Source of the DNA: an uncultured Alphaproteobacteria bacterium
GTDB lineage: Bacteria; Pseudomonadota; Alphaproteobacteria; Micropepsales; Micropepsaceae
DNA length: 64,000 nt
Direction of reading: 5' to 3'
Assembly: GCA_963765095.1 (NCBI GenBank)
Contig: CAVXUV010000021.1
Span: 15,133 to 79,132, forward strand
The first letter of the stretch is position 1; each line of letters opens with the position of its first letter. A model generated the notes under the pieces. That model was not told the origin of the DNA, did not search any database, and saw nothing but the letters and a program-made list of their open reading frames with translations. Both the position numbers and the translations under genes were made by a program. Below, one piece after another: positions 1 to 12,903 of this stretch.

Positions 1-2
1 TT

Positions 3-122
3 GCGCTGGGCGTGTTGGCGTTCCAAGTGCTTCGCACTATTTTCGAGGAGCGGGTTCTGAGCGACGCCTATCCCGAATATGCGAGCTATCAGGCGCGCGT
101 GAAAAGATTTGGAATAATCTAG
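3..122 (+). CDS. 3' end of an isoprenylcysteine carboxylmethyltransferase/PEMT-family membrane protein (partial)
   Basis: Frame 3 reads ALGVLAFQVLRTIFEERVLSDAYPEYASYQARVKRFGII*; EE..L...Y.EY..Y...V.RF is the typical ICMT-family C-terminus. Confidence 0.7.
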   Translation, partial: ALGVLAFQVLRTIFEERVLSDAYPEYASYQARVKRFGII

Positions 123-125
123 AAT

Positions 126-207
126 TCCTCACCCTGAGCCCGTCGAAGGGTGAGGACTGCAGTATCTATCTGCGCGCCCTCATGCTTCGACAAGCTCAGC
201 ATGAGGA
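126..207. repeat. Palindromic REP-like element, family A, copy 1
   Basis: TCCTCACCCT-GAGCCCGTCGA-AGGGTGAGGA hairpin, then CCTCATGCT-TCGACAAGCTC-AGCATGAGG hairpin; a similar copy lies at 29743-29822. Confidence 0.85.
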
Positions 208-240
208 GTTCAGACTTTCTCGATGCCTGGTCGTGCCCAT

Positions 241-345
241 CCTCCCCTTCGGCGCGAAGCGCCTGGAAGGGGAGGTGCCCGTAGCAACGCGGTGGCGCGT
301 AGGCGTTAGCCGAGCACCACGGCAAAGTTGCGAAGGGCGGAGGGG
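241..345. repeat. Palindromic REP-like element, family B, copy 1
   Basis: CCTCCCCTTC (241-250) and GAAGGGGAGG (266-275) form a stem around GGCGCGAAGCGCC, then GCCCGTAGCAAC...GTTGCGAAGGGCGGAGGGG; degenerate copy at 32854-32922. Confidence 0.75.
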
Positions 346-357
346 TTAAACAAAAAG

Positions 358-831
358 CTAAACGAATTCCACTTTCAGAATCTCGTACGACCGCGCGCCG
401 CCCGGGGCAGCAACCTCCACCGTGTCGCCCTTGGTCTTGCCGATCAGCGCGCGCGCGATGGGAGACGAAAGCGAGATGCGGCCCTTCTTGGCATCGGATT
501 CCACGTCGCCCACGATCTGGTAGCGGCGCTTTTCGTCGGTGTCTTCGTCCACCAGGGTGACGGTGGCGCCGAACTTCACGCTGGCGCCCGACAATTTGGA
601 AATGTCGATCACTTCGGCACGGCCGATCTGGTCTTCCAGCTCAAGCACGCGGCCTTCGATGAAGCTCTGGCGCTCCTTGGCGGCGTGATATTCCGCATTC
701 TCCGAAAGGTCGCCATGGGCGCGTGCTTCCGAGATCGCCTTGATGATCTCATGGCGGTCTTCGTTCTTGAGCCGATTCAGTTCCTCTTCCAGGGCCTTGA
801 AGCCGTGGGCCGTCATAGGAATTTTTTCCAT
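358..831 (-). CDS. greA: Transcription elongation factor GreA
   Basis: MEKIPMT...[18 protein letters not shown]...[10 protein letters not shown]; 157 aa from ATG 831. Confidence 0.97.
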   Translation of the reverse strand: MEKIPMTAHGFKALEEELNRLKNEDRHEIIKAISEARAHGDLSENAEYHAAKERQSFIEGRVLELEDQIGRAEVIDISKLSGASVKFGATVTLVDEDTDEKRRYQIVGDVESDAKKGRISLSSPIARALIGKTKGDTVEVAAPGGARSYEILKVEFV

Positions 832-853
832 TGCCGTCGAATCCCGTGGGGCC

Positions 854-892
854 AAAAGAACCCGCGATCCGGCTTATGGTTCCGGAGCGGGG
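854..892 (-). terminator. Intrinsic terminator/attenuator in the greA leader
   Basis: Minus strand CCCGCTCCGG...CCGGATCGCGGG followed by TTCTTTT, about 25 nt before the greA start. Confidence 0.5.
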
Positions 893-945
893 CCGATCAG
901 CCTGTGTAAAGCATTGTTCGTTCTGGGTTTTTTTGTATGAGCCTG

Positions 946-4291
<3,346 letters not shown>

Positions 4292-4633
4292 GTTTGTCTC
4301 TGATGGGCCCGGCCTTCGGCTTGGGCGGCTCGCGCGGACGGGCCCACGCTTTTGCGGGCGTTTGGGGCCGGCCAAGTTGTAGGTTAAGGGGATCGTCTAG
4401 ACGGTCCGGCCGGTTCACCGCAACCCTCTTTTTGATGGGTCGCGCGGCCTACGGAAAACCGCTCACACTTTTCCCGGCCGACGCTCCCTTATCGCCATGT
4501 ACCCGGCCGAAATCGCTCACATCTTTCTGAAAAATCAGCCGAATCGAGGGTCCTGGCGCGGGCTGCGGCGCAGATCGATGCAAACCCCGCTTGGCTGGCA
4601 TGCGGGTCAAGGGGCCAGAAGGATATTGAAAAA

Positions 4634-4647
4634 AGAGCATATGCTCT
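4634..4647. promoter_or_regulatory. Perfect 14-bp palindrome, candidate operator
   Basis: AGAGCATATGCTCT in an AT-rich stretch about 60 nt upstream of the ORF at 4710. Confidence 0.4.
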
Positions 4648-4709
4648 CATTTGTTCATTCATGCGCAGACCTATTGGAGGGACGCGCATTGCAATTGTGG
4701 GAGACTATA

Positions 4710-4934
4710 ATGCGTAACAATCTTGGAATTCTGTTGGCCGGTGCTTTGGTGGTTGGCTTGAGCGCGCCGGTCCTGGCCGCGGGCGACAACGAGGAAGATG
4801 CGGCGGTGCCGCCGGGCTCGTTCGTTTCGACCATGGCTTATCCGGACGCGGTTGCCGCCAAGCCCGTCCAGGCGACGGCCATCTCGGCGCAGCCCGTAAA
4901 GGTGGTGCACCTCGCGCGTGCAGCCGTGAAATAA
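4710..4934 (+). CDS. Small secreted hypothetical protein (74 aa)
   Basis: GGGAG RBS; MRNNLGILLAGALVVGLSAPVLA signal peptide; followed by a hairpin. Confidence 0.7.
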   Translation: MRNNLGILLAGALVVGLSAPVLAAGDNEEDAAVPPGSFVSTMAYPDAVAAKPVQATAISAQPVKVVHLARAAVK

Positions 4935-4960
4935 GTGGCTCAGTCCATTGTTCTCATGTC

Positions 4961-4990
4961 AGGAAGCGCGGCGCCGTGGCCGCGCTTCTT
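4961..4990. terminator. Hairpin between convergent genes
   Basis: AGGAAGCGCGGC...GCCGCGCTTCTT. Confidence 0.6.
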
Positions 4991-5021
4991 GGCATGGGCG
5001 GCCGTTAATTGACGGACTAGG

Positions 5022-6053
5022 TCAGGACCGCCAGCGCAGGGTGCGTTCGCGCACGGGATTGGCGAAGGGTGCGCCTGTGTCAAGCGACTCCGCCCACGCC
5101 TTCTTCACCCGGTGATACCAGATCGCGGGTTGATCGGAATCCTGGATCAGCATCAGGTTCGGATTGAACTTCAAGCCTTCGCGCTGCAGATCGACGATCT
5201 TGCGGTCGTCGGCGATGAAAGTCGGGCCCAAAAGCATAAAGAAAGGCCGGATGAAGAACAGCCAGCCCGGCCAATAGAACACTTGTATGACGGAAGTCGC
5301 GGCGTCGTCGCGCGGGGTGCAGACGGTAAGCCCCACGATGGTGAAGGCGCGGCCGAACGCCTTGCCCTTGATAATCTCGAAGCGCGTCGAAGGAAGTTCG
5401 AAGGTGATCTCGGTGGTGACGTCGCCGAGAAAGCTGTAGGCCGCCTTGGAAGGCTTGTGCGCCGTCATGACAAAGCCCATGGGAAGCGGCGCGTAGTGTT
5501 TCTCCTTCACGCGGGGCTTGCGATACCACCACCAATGGTCATGCACATAACCCGCATGCGCCGGGTCCATCAGCCCGATCACAGCGTGATCGATGTCGCA
5601 GGAAAAAGTCTGCGTCTCGTGCCAGCGGGGGATCGCGTTCGGGGCTGGGGCTCTCGGAGGTTCGATCGTCGGCGCCTCGTTCTTCGCCGCGACATAGACC
5701 CAGATCAATCCGTCCTGCTCGCGCACGGGATAATGACGGACGCGGATTTTTTCCGGATCCAGATCCTGGCCTTCGACCAGGGACGGAATGGCGCTGCACA
5801 CGCCGTCGCGGCGGAACCGCCAGCCATGATAGGGGCACTCGACGGTATTCTCGGACAGGATCTTTCCCGCCGACAGCGGCACGCCGCGATGAGGGCAGAT
5901 ATCGCGCATGGCGAAAAGCTGGCCGTCGCGCATGCGGCCCAGAAGCACGGGCTCGCCCAGAAGCATCTCGCGCCGCATCGCCCCCGGCTTCAGGCTCGAC
6001 GCCAGCGCCGGCATATACCAGAGACCGCGCAGCGGCTCTGCCTCGCTTGCCAT
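5022..6053 (-). CDS. Rieske non-heme iron oxygenase (VanA/KshA-like alpha subunit)
   Basis: DICPHRG...ECPYHGW Rieske motif; DPAHAGYVH mononuclear iron motif. Confidence 0.93.
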   Translation of the reverse strand: MASEAEPLRGLWYMPALASSLKPGAMRREMLLGEPVLLGRMRDGQLFAMRDICPHRGVPLSAGKILSENTVECPYHGWRFRRDGVCSAIPSLVEGQDLDPEKIRVRHYPVREQDGLIWVYVAAKNEAPTIEPPRAPAPNAIPRWHETQTFSCDIDHAVIGLMDPAHAGYVHDHWWWYRKPRVKEKHYAPLPMGFVMTAHKPSKAAYSFLGDVTTEITFELPSTRFEIIKGKAFGRAFTIVGLTVCTPRDDAATSVIQVFYWPGWLFFIRPFFMLLGPTFIADDRKIVDLQREGLKFNPNLMLIQDSDQPAIWYHRVKKAWAESLDTGAPFANPVRERTLRWRS

Positions 6054-7162
6054 CAGCGGGGCGCGCCGCCCAAGGCGCCAAGGGGCGAAGCAGTGGCGGG
6101 AATTTCGCCGGGTTGCTGTGCCGGCTGAGCTTTGGTGAGAAGCCTGTCGCGGGTCATGGAGAAGAATTGTCCCTTTTCCGTGGCCAATTCATACGCCCAA
6201 TTGCCGGCGCGCGCATTGATCATCGCCGCCTCCTGCTTCTGCATGGTGGGCGTGCCTGGATCGGGCTGGGCGAAATCTTCACCCAGACCGCGCCGTTCAC
6301 TTCGACCGCATCCATATGGATGTTCTGGTTGTCGAACGTATGGGCCGACAGATGCGCGGCCTTGGAGAAATCCAGTTCCGACGCGGGTTTCACATCGGTG
6401 AAGGCGAAGCCTGAGACGATCTGGGGAATGAGATCGACCTGGGCGGAATTGGCAGCCATGCCCTTGGGCGGAGGCGGGCCCTGGAGCTTGTATTCCAAAT
6501 CTGATGCGTGCTCCCGCGCCACCGTGTAGGACGCGCCGGAGAAGGGGGTAACGGTGACGGTGTTGATCCGCGCCGCATCCACGCTCATCACGTTGGTGTC
6601 CACCCAATCGGAAAGATCGCCGTGGGGCGTGAAAATGGCGCGGGCGAGATAGCTCTGATTGTCGCCGGGGTGGCGCACAAACACCCCATTGCCGCCGGCC
6701 GCATTGTCCAGCTCGGCGGCGTTGCCGATGATGATCGCGGCAAGGTCATGGCCGCTGGCGTCGCTCACGATGACCTCAATGCCGCTGCCTTTGGGTGGCG
6801 TGTCCAGCCCGACATAAGAGAGCCAATCGGCGCGCGCGGTCTTGGGTTCGACCGTTTCCAGCGCGGCCAGGCCCAGCAAGGTGCGGCGCACCTGGTTGAA
6901 GTCGGCGGGATAATTGCCCTTGGCCGGCAACACCCAACCCTTGGCTGGGCTATAGACCACGTCGAAGGTGCCGCTGTGCGACACCACATGGATGCGCGCG
7001 GATTCTCTCCATATGGGCGGAAAAGCCGGGCAGGAACTGGCCGGGGGTGAAGCGGATCTTGGTCTCCTGCGCCTGCAGCAACAATGCGCCGGCAGCCAGC
7101 ACCACGGACAGGGCCGCGGCGCCCCCCAGGATCATCAGATTGCGGCGGCGAAAATCGGTCAT
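6053..7162 (-). CDS. DUF4340-like periplasmic accessory protein of the Gld-type ABC system (frameshifted)
   Basis: N-terminal membrane anchor MTDFRRRNLMILGGAAALSVVLA; GWVLPAKGNYPADF...EPKTARAD; position after a gldG-like gene. Confidence 0.7.
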
Positions 7163-8983
7163 GCCGGCCCCCCATAGTTGGAGGTCCGTGCCCGTTGGCG
7201 CCTGCGCATCCAGCCCAGCACGACCGCGAAGGCCGCGACGAGGATGGGGACGCCGAAGATGTTGAGGAAGGCGAGGCGGGCGCCGAGCGCGTCCACTTCG
7301 GCGCGTAGATTATGCTGCACATCGCGCAGTTCGCGCCTTGTCAGCGCCATGCCCCGGCGCAGGGACTCGATCTGGTCCTTTTCCTTCTGGTCGAGTCCGA
7401 TGCTGTTGCCGCTGCCCTGCTGCAACTGGCTCAGCGCGGATTCGGCCCGGTTGAGGCTGGTCTGGAGCTGATCCTGGGTCTCGCGATATTGCAGTTGTGC
7501 CTTCTGCTCCAGCGCCTTGACCACGATGAACGGCCGCTCGCTGGAAGAGCGCGTGCGCAGCGAGATTAAATCGTCAGAACCAGTGAGGTTCTCGACCGCA
7601 TTGAGGATGAAGGCGCCATTGTCGGCGAAAGGTTCGGCCACGGTGCGGCCAAGCTGGCTGGAGACGTGCACCCAGAACCGATCGTCCCAGATATCGCTGT
7701 CGGCCATGATCACCAGTTGCACATGCCCCGATTGCACCGCGCCCGGCGCCTTGGGGAAGGCGGACTTGGCCACGCCGCTGATGCGCGCGGCAATCGCATA
7801 GCGCACGCCGGTGGGGCGGACCGCCTCGATCAGGTGGGTGGGATCGCGCAACATCATCACTTGCTGGCGGTCCACCATGCTGGCCTGGTCGGATGAACCG
7901 ATCAGGGTGTGGAAGATGGTGGTGGCGCCGCGCATGGGCGCGATCTCGCCGGTCGAGGCGAGGTTAAGCGATTGCAGCGATGCGGTGATGGGATCGTGCA
8001 GGTCGAAGTCCGCCGGCGTCAGATGCAGCCACAGCGGATAGGCAACGGAAGGTTCGCGCGGGTCGTTGCTCGCGGCGACTTGCTGGGCCAGCGAACGATC
8101 CAGGAGCACCATGTTGGCGGGATAATCCACGCCCCAGCTTTTCAACAGCGGTCCCAGGTCCGAACTGGGCGCGGCGCTGTCCGGACCGCCATGCTGCGCC
8201 AATTCGGACAGGGGATCGACAAAGATCAAGGCGCGCTTGCCGGCGAGTACATAATTGTCGATCGCAAGCAGCATCTGTGGCGACAATTCTGCCGGGTGGG
8301 CGATGACCAGAAGATCGGTGGCGGGCGGAATGGCGGTGAAATCGCTGGACAGGTTGGTGACGTCATATTCCTGCGCCAGCGCGGCATACGCGGCCAGCGG
8401 CTGGCGGATTCTGCGGCGATCCCATGACCGGCAGCGAGGTGATCAGCGCCACTTTGGGCTTCTTCGGCGTCGCCAGATGATAGATCAGCGAGGTGAGGTC
8501 ATATTCCAGATAGGCTTCGCGGTCGGGCGAGAAATAGGCGATGGTCTGGTGGCCATCGATGCTGTTGGTCGCCGACAAGCCGAAATAGACCACATCGCCG
8601 CGATCGGTGGGCGCGGGGGTAAGGCCGGCGCCGCTGGCCTGATCCTCTTCCGGGGTGAAGGGCTCGGGATCGATCTCTTCCAGGATCACCTTGCCGTGGC
8701 CGAGCGAGGCATATTCCTGAAGCAGGTCGCGCACGCGTTTGGCATAGGCCGCGATCGAGGCATAACGCGCGCCCACGTCGCGGGAATAATAGAATTTGAG
8801 CGTGATGGGCTCGTCCAGCTTGGCCAGGATGTTGCGCGTGCCGGGGCTGAGCGTGAACTGGCCGTTCTCGGTCAAATCCAGCCGCGCATTGGTGATGGCG
8901 GTTTCGGCGAAGATGTTGACGCCCACGAACAGGATCGCGGCGAGCGCGAGCGCGGAGAAAACATAGGTGCGGCGCGAGATCAT
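7159..8983 (-). CDS. GldG-family ABC-type uncharacterized transport system component (frameshifted near 8380)
   Basis: RLDLTENGQFTLS.GT..IL..LDEPI; IFVDPLSE; ADNGAFILNAVENLTGSDDLISLR. Confidence 0.88.
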
Positions 8984-8984
8984 G

Positions 8985-9718
8985 TCAGCCGCTCTTCCTC
9001 AGGTCCACGACCAGCATGTTGGCGTAGAGGAACAGGCCGATCAGGGAGACAAAGAAGATCACATCGCGCAGATCGATCACGCCCGCAGTGATGGCGGCGA
9101 AATGGGTGATGAAGCTGAAGGACGAGATCGCTTCGACCAAGGCAGCGGCGCCCAACTGCGGAACGCGTCCAGCACCAAGGGCGCGCCGGATATGGTGAAC
9201 AGGAAACACACCACCACGCTGACGATGAAGGCGATCACCTGGTTGTTGGTGCAGGCCGAGATGCAGGCGCCGATGGAAAGATAGGCCCCCGCCATCAGGA
9301 AGCTGCCGATATAGGAGGCCAGGATCACGCCATTGTCTGGATGTCCCAGGTAATTGACCGTGATCCAGATCGGGAAAGTGAGAACCAGCGCCAGCCCCGC
9401 GAAGGCCCAGGCGGCGAGGAATTTTCCCACCACCGTGGCCCATAGCGGCACCGGAAGCGTGAGCAGCAATTCCATGCTGCCGCTGCGGCGTTCCTCGGCC
9501 CAAAGCCGCATGGCCAGCGCCGGAACCAAAAACAGGTAAAGCCAAGGGTGGTAGCCGAAGAACACGGTGAGGTCGGCAATGCCATTGTCGTAGAAATGGC
9601 CCAGATAGAATGTGAAGGCGCCCATCGCGAACAGGAAGATCACGATGAAGACGAAAGCGAGCGGGGTGGCGAAATAGGATTTGAATTCCCGCGCGAAGAC
9701 CGCGCCCAACGCGTTCAT
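8985..9718 (-). CDS. GldF-like ABC transporter permease (frameshift near 9140)
   Basis: REFKSYFATPLAFVFI; MRLWAEERRSGSMELLLTLP; GVIDLRDVIFF. Confidence 0.9.
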
Positions 9719-10449
9719 GCCGCCACTCCGCTGGTGTCGCCGGTGGTGAGCTGGCGGAAGACGTCGTCGAGCCGGCCGGACGGCGCCTTCGCCGCCAATT
9801 CCGCCGGCGTGGCATCGATCACGATCCGGCCGCGGTCGATGATCACCGCGCGGGTGCAGATCGCATCCACTTCTTCCAGGAGATGGGTGGAGACGATGAT
9901 GGTCTTGTTCTTGGCCATGCCGCGGATCAGGCTCCGCACCGCATGCTTCTGGTTGGGGTCGAGGCCGTCGGTGGGTTCATCCAGGATCAGCACGTCGGGG
10001 TCGTGCAGGATGGCCTGGGCCAGGCCCACCCGGCGGCGAAACCCTTTGGACAGGGTCTCGATCGGCTGGTCCATCACGCCCTGGAGTTCGGTTCCGGTGA
10101 CGGCGCGGGCGATGGCGGCCTTTGCCGCCTCGCCCGACAGTTCACGCACCTGGGCAATGAAATGCAGGAATTGACGGGGCGTCATCTCGCCATAGGCGGG
10201 CGCCCCCTCGGGCAGATAGCCCAGCTTCTTCTGGGCGGCAATGGTGTCCTCGACAATGTCGTGGCCGCAGATGCGGGCATGGCCCTCATCAGGGGCGAGG
10301 AAGCCCGTCACCATCTTCATGGTGGTGGATTTGCCCGCGCCGTTGGGACCCAGAAAGCCCAGCACCTCGCCCGGCCTGACCGTCAGGCTGAGGTCCGAGA
10401 CCGCGGTGAGCGGCCCGAAACGCTTGGTGAGATGCTCAATTTCTATCAT
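9715..10449 (-). CDS. GldA-like ABC transporter ATP-binding protein
   Basis: GPNGAGKST Walker A; LSKGFRRRVGLAQA signature; ILDEPT. Confidence 0.95.
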   Translation of the reverse strand: MIEIEHLTKRFGPLTAVSDLSLTVRPGEVLGFLGPNGAGKSTTMKMVTGFLAPDEGHARICGHDIVEDTIAAQKKLGYLPEGAPAYGEMTPRQFLHFIAQVRELSGEAAKAAIARAVTGTELQGVMDQPIETLSKGFRRRVGLAQAILHDPDVLILDEPTDGLDPNQKHAVRSLIRGMAKNKTIIVSTHLLEEVDAICTRAVIIDRGRIVIDATPAELAAKAPSGRLDDVFRQLTTGDTSGVAA

Positions 10450-10551
10450 ATTGAAGGGAACCTTTTTCTCCCTTTAGAGAAATCAATAGGGAGCCGCAAG
10501 CGGACCTCTCGTCACGGTCCGTCCCGGCAATATTGGGTGGGAGTCTTTGGC

Positions 10552-10926
10552 GTGGTGAATTTGAAAATTTTGCGCCGCGCCATCGCTGTGGGCGTGATGT
10601 TCGAACTGCTGCTGGTGGTGGCGGCGCACTACCGCCCCTGGCTCAAGCACACTTTCCTGTTGTTCGGCTGCATGCTGATCGCGGGCGTGGCGGGCCTGCT
10701 CTATGCCCGCGACCTGGCGCGGGGCTTTCGCGCGGGCGCGCTCGGCGGGGGCGCGGCGGGGGCGCTGTGCGGCTTTGTGGCGGTGGCGGCCTCCAACCTC
10801 TTCGGCGACCGGCCCGATCTCTATATTCCCTGGGGCGTGATGGTGCTGACCCTGACCGGCATCGTCGGCGGCCTGTTCGGCCAGCTCGACGCCTTGTTCA
10901 AGGCGTTCATCCGTTCGCAGAAATAA
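10552..10926 (+). CDS. Small hypothetical membrane protein (about 4 TM)
   Basis: GGGAG RBS then GTG start; four hydrophobic Gly-rich segments; host-like codon usage. Confidence 0.7.
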   Translation: MVNLKILRRAIAVGVMFELLLVVAAHYRPWLKHTFLLFGCMLIAGVAGLLYARDLARGFRAGALGGGAAGALCGFVAVAASNLFGDRPDLYIPWGVMVLTLTGIVGGLFGQLDALFKAFIRSQK

Positions 10927-11070
10927 GGGGGGAAATTGTCGGTTGGCTCGATCAGGTCAGACCCAGAAAGGGCTGGGGGGCTTGAAGTTCCGGGCCGACT
11001 TAAAAAGCACGGCCAACCGACGAAGGGATGTTCGATCCCGAAAGCGGCCAGCGCGTGGTTCAATCGTGAC
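10927..11070 (-). ncRNA. Candidate structured sRNA, possibly BjrC1505-like alphaproteobacterial sRNA
   Basis: Perfect stem GTCGGTTGGC (10938-10947)/GCCAACCGAC (11012-11021) with an inner CCCAG/CTGGG hairpin, intergenic and divergent from DUF2794; the family name is from memory and unverified. Confidence 0.5.
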
Positions 11071-11139
11071 CATTTCGGGGCGGGAATTACAAATGCGAAA
11101 GGCTTGCGGGGAAGGGGTTCCCGGCCCATCATGTGACAG

Positions 11140-11521
11140 ATGGTTGAAGACCCCATAGCGTTCCGCGCTTCTTCGCCGGAAGGAGCGCGGAATTCCCAGG
11201 AAAATCCCGCCGACGCGCCGGTGACCCGATTTCGACCGTTCCGAGCTCAACCGCATTCTGACCGTGTATGGCCGTATGGTCGCGGCCGGGGAATGGCGCG
11301 ATTATGCTGTGGATTTCCTGGAAGAGGCGGCGGTGTTCTCGATTTTCCGCCGAGCCAGCGAAATGCCCCTGTTCCGGGTGGAGAAACGGCCCAAGCTGCG
11401 CCAGCGCCAGGGGCAATATTGCGTGATCGCCGCCGGCGGGCTGGTGATGAAGCGCGGCCATGAACTGGCGCAGGTGCTGAAGGTCTTCGACAAGAAGCTG
11501 CTGAAGGCCCTGGCCGATTGA
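11140..11521 (+). CDS. DUF2794-family protein (frameshift near 11230)
   Basis: FDRSELNRILTVYGRMVAAGEWRDYAVDFLEEAAVFSIFRRASEMPLFRVEKRPKL. Confidence 0.88.
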
Positions 11522-11573
11522 ATAGGGCGGCCCAGAGGTCCAACCGTTCGGGGTTGCCCTCTTGCCATAGGAA

Positions 11574-12878
11574 CTATTTGTTGCTGGCCTGTTTGTCGAG
11601 CGTTCCGCCAGCCGCAGCCACGCGCTTGGCGTAAGCATCGGCGTCGCCCATCGCGAACTGGTTGGTGGTGTCCACCAATTTGCCGTCCTCGTTGAAGGTC
11701 ATATAGAGCTCTTTCTCGACCGCATGGATCGGGCGGCCATATTCGTCCTTCATGACGCCGATCACCTTGTGGGCCCGCACATCGATGATGCTGCCATCAC
11801 CGACAAAAGCCAGCTTGCCGTCATTGGTCATGGAGATCCATGCGGAGCCGACATTGGGCTGAATTGGGATGGTCTTGGAGGGATTGTAAACGGGATTGCG
11901 GCCATCTCCCGGATTGTCCCAGATCTGCCAGGCATCATTGGCGGCGTCGGTCACCCAGATCTCACTTTCGTCGGGCGTCATGCCGATGCCGTGGCTGGGA
12001 AGGCCGTGACCGAAGAAATGGCCATTGGGATTGGCCCATTTGTCCTTCCACATTTCGCCTGGCAGCTCGACCCGCTTGATCATCTTGCAGGTCTTCGTGT
12101 CGGCGATCTCGAAGCCGTCGAGATTGTTGACGTTCACATAGATCAGGCTGCCGTCGTGATTCATCGTCAACGGGCGCGGGGCGCTCGGAGAAGGTGATGT
12201 AGCAATTCACCTTCCTATGCTGGCGACATCCACGATTGCCACCTTGGCGTCCGGCGGCGAGGCGAGTGCGGCCAAACGCGCCAAACTTGCCGTCGGCGGT
12301 CAATGTGAGGTTGTGCGAGCGCGGCGCTTCGGGCGTGTCGATGCGTCCCTCGATCTTGCCGGTGTGCGCGTTGATGAACCACCACCACTTGTTATAGCTG
12401 GAAGCGACCAGGAGCTGGTGGCCGCCGGGCATGGTCCAGGGGCGTTCGCAGCAGCCATCCTTGGCCGAGCCCGGGACGCTGACAGCACAACGGGCTTGCC
12501 GTCGCCCTTGAAGGTCCAGGCGATCTTGTCGGTGCCGAGATCGAAGGCGATCATGCTGCCGCCGTCGGTGGTGACGTAAATCTTGTTTTCGGGAACGCTG
12601 GAGGTCATGCCCGAAATCTTCGGCCCCGGCATCATGCTGGCCGGCAGGCCGTAAGGGATGCGCTTGACAAACTGGTAGTTGTGATCGGCGTCCAGCACGA
12701 TCACGCCGGATTGATCGTCGGCGCCATTATCACCGGGCACCGCGATATAGAGCAGATGCCGAAGCTTGGCTTGGGGCGCACGCGGCGCGCGAGCAGGCGT
12801 GGCATTGTCTTGGGCCCAGACGGAACCGGCCATGCCGGCCATGGCGGCCGTCGCCATGAAAATATTGCGAATTTTCAT
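11574..12878 (-). CDS. Secreted YncE/YVTN-type beta-propeller protein (frameshifted)
   Basis: Signal peptide MKIRNIFMATAAMAGMAGSVWAQ; propeller blades SHNLTLTADGK, LTMNHDGSLIYVN, PSHGIGMTPDESEIWVTD, ISMTNDGKLAFV. Confidence 0.8.
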
Positions 12879-12903
12879 GTGGTTTCTCCCCGATGGCGGG
12901 ACT

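Noticed and set aside
119-325. 68-aa ORF here and the similar ORFs around 29735-29817
   Set aside because: They are translations of the palindromic repeats (LSLSKH / LILSPSKD), not genes
126-345. Possible CRISPR array or tRNA in the hairpin-rich region
   Set aside because: No regularly spaced direct repeats, no cas genes and no cloverleaf with a T-loop
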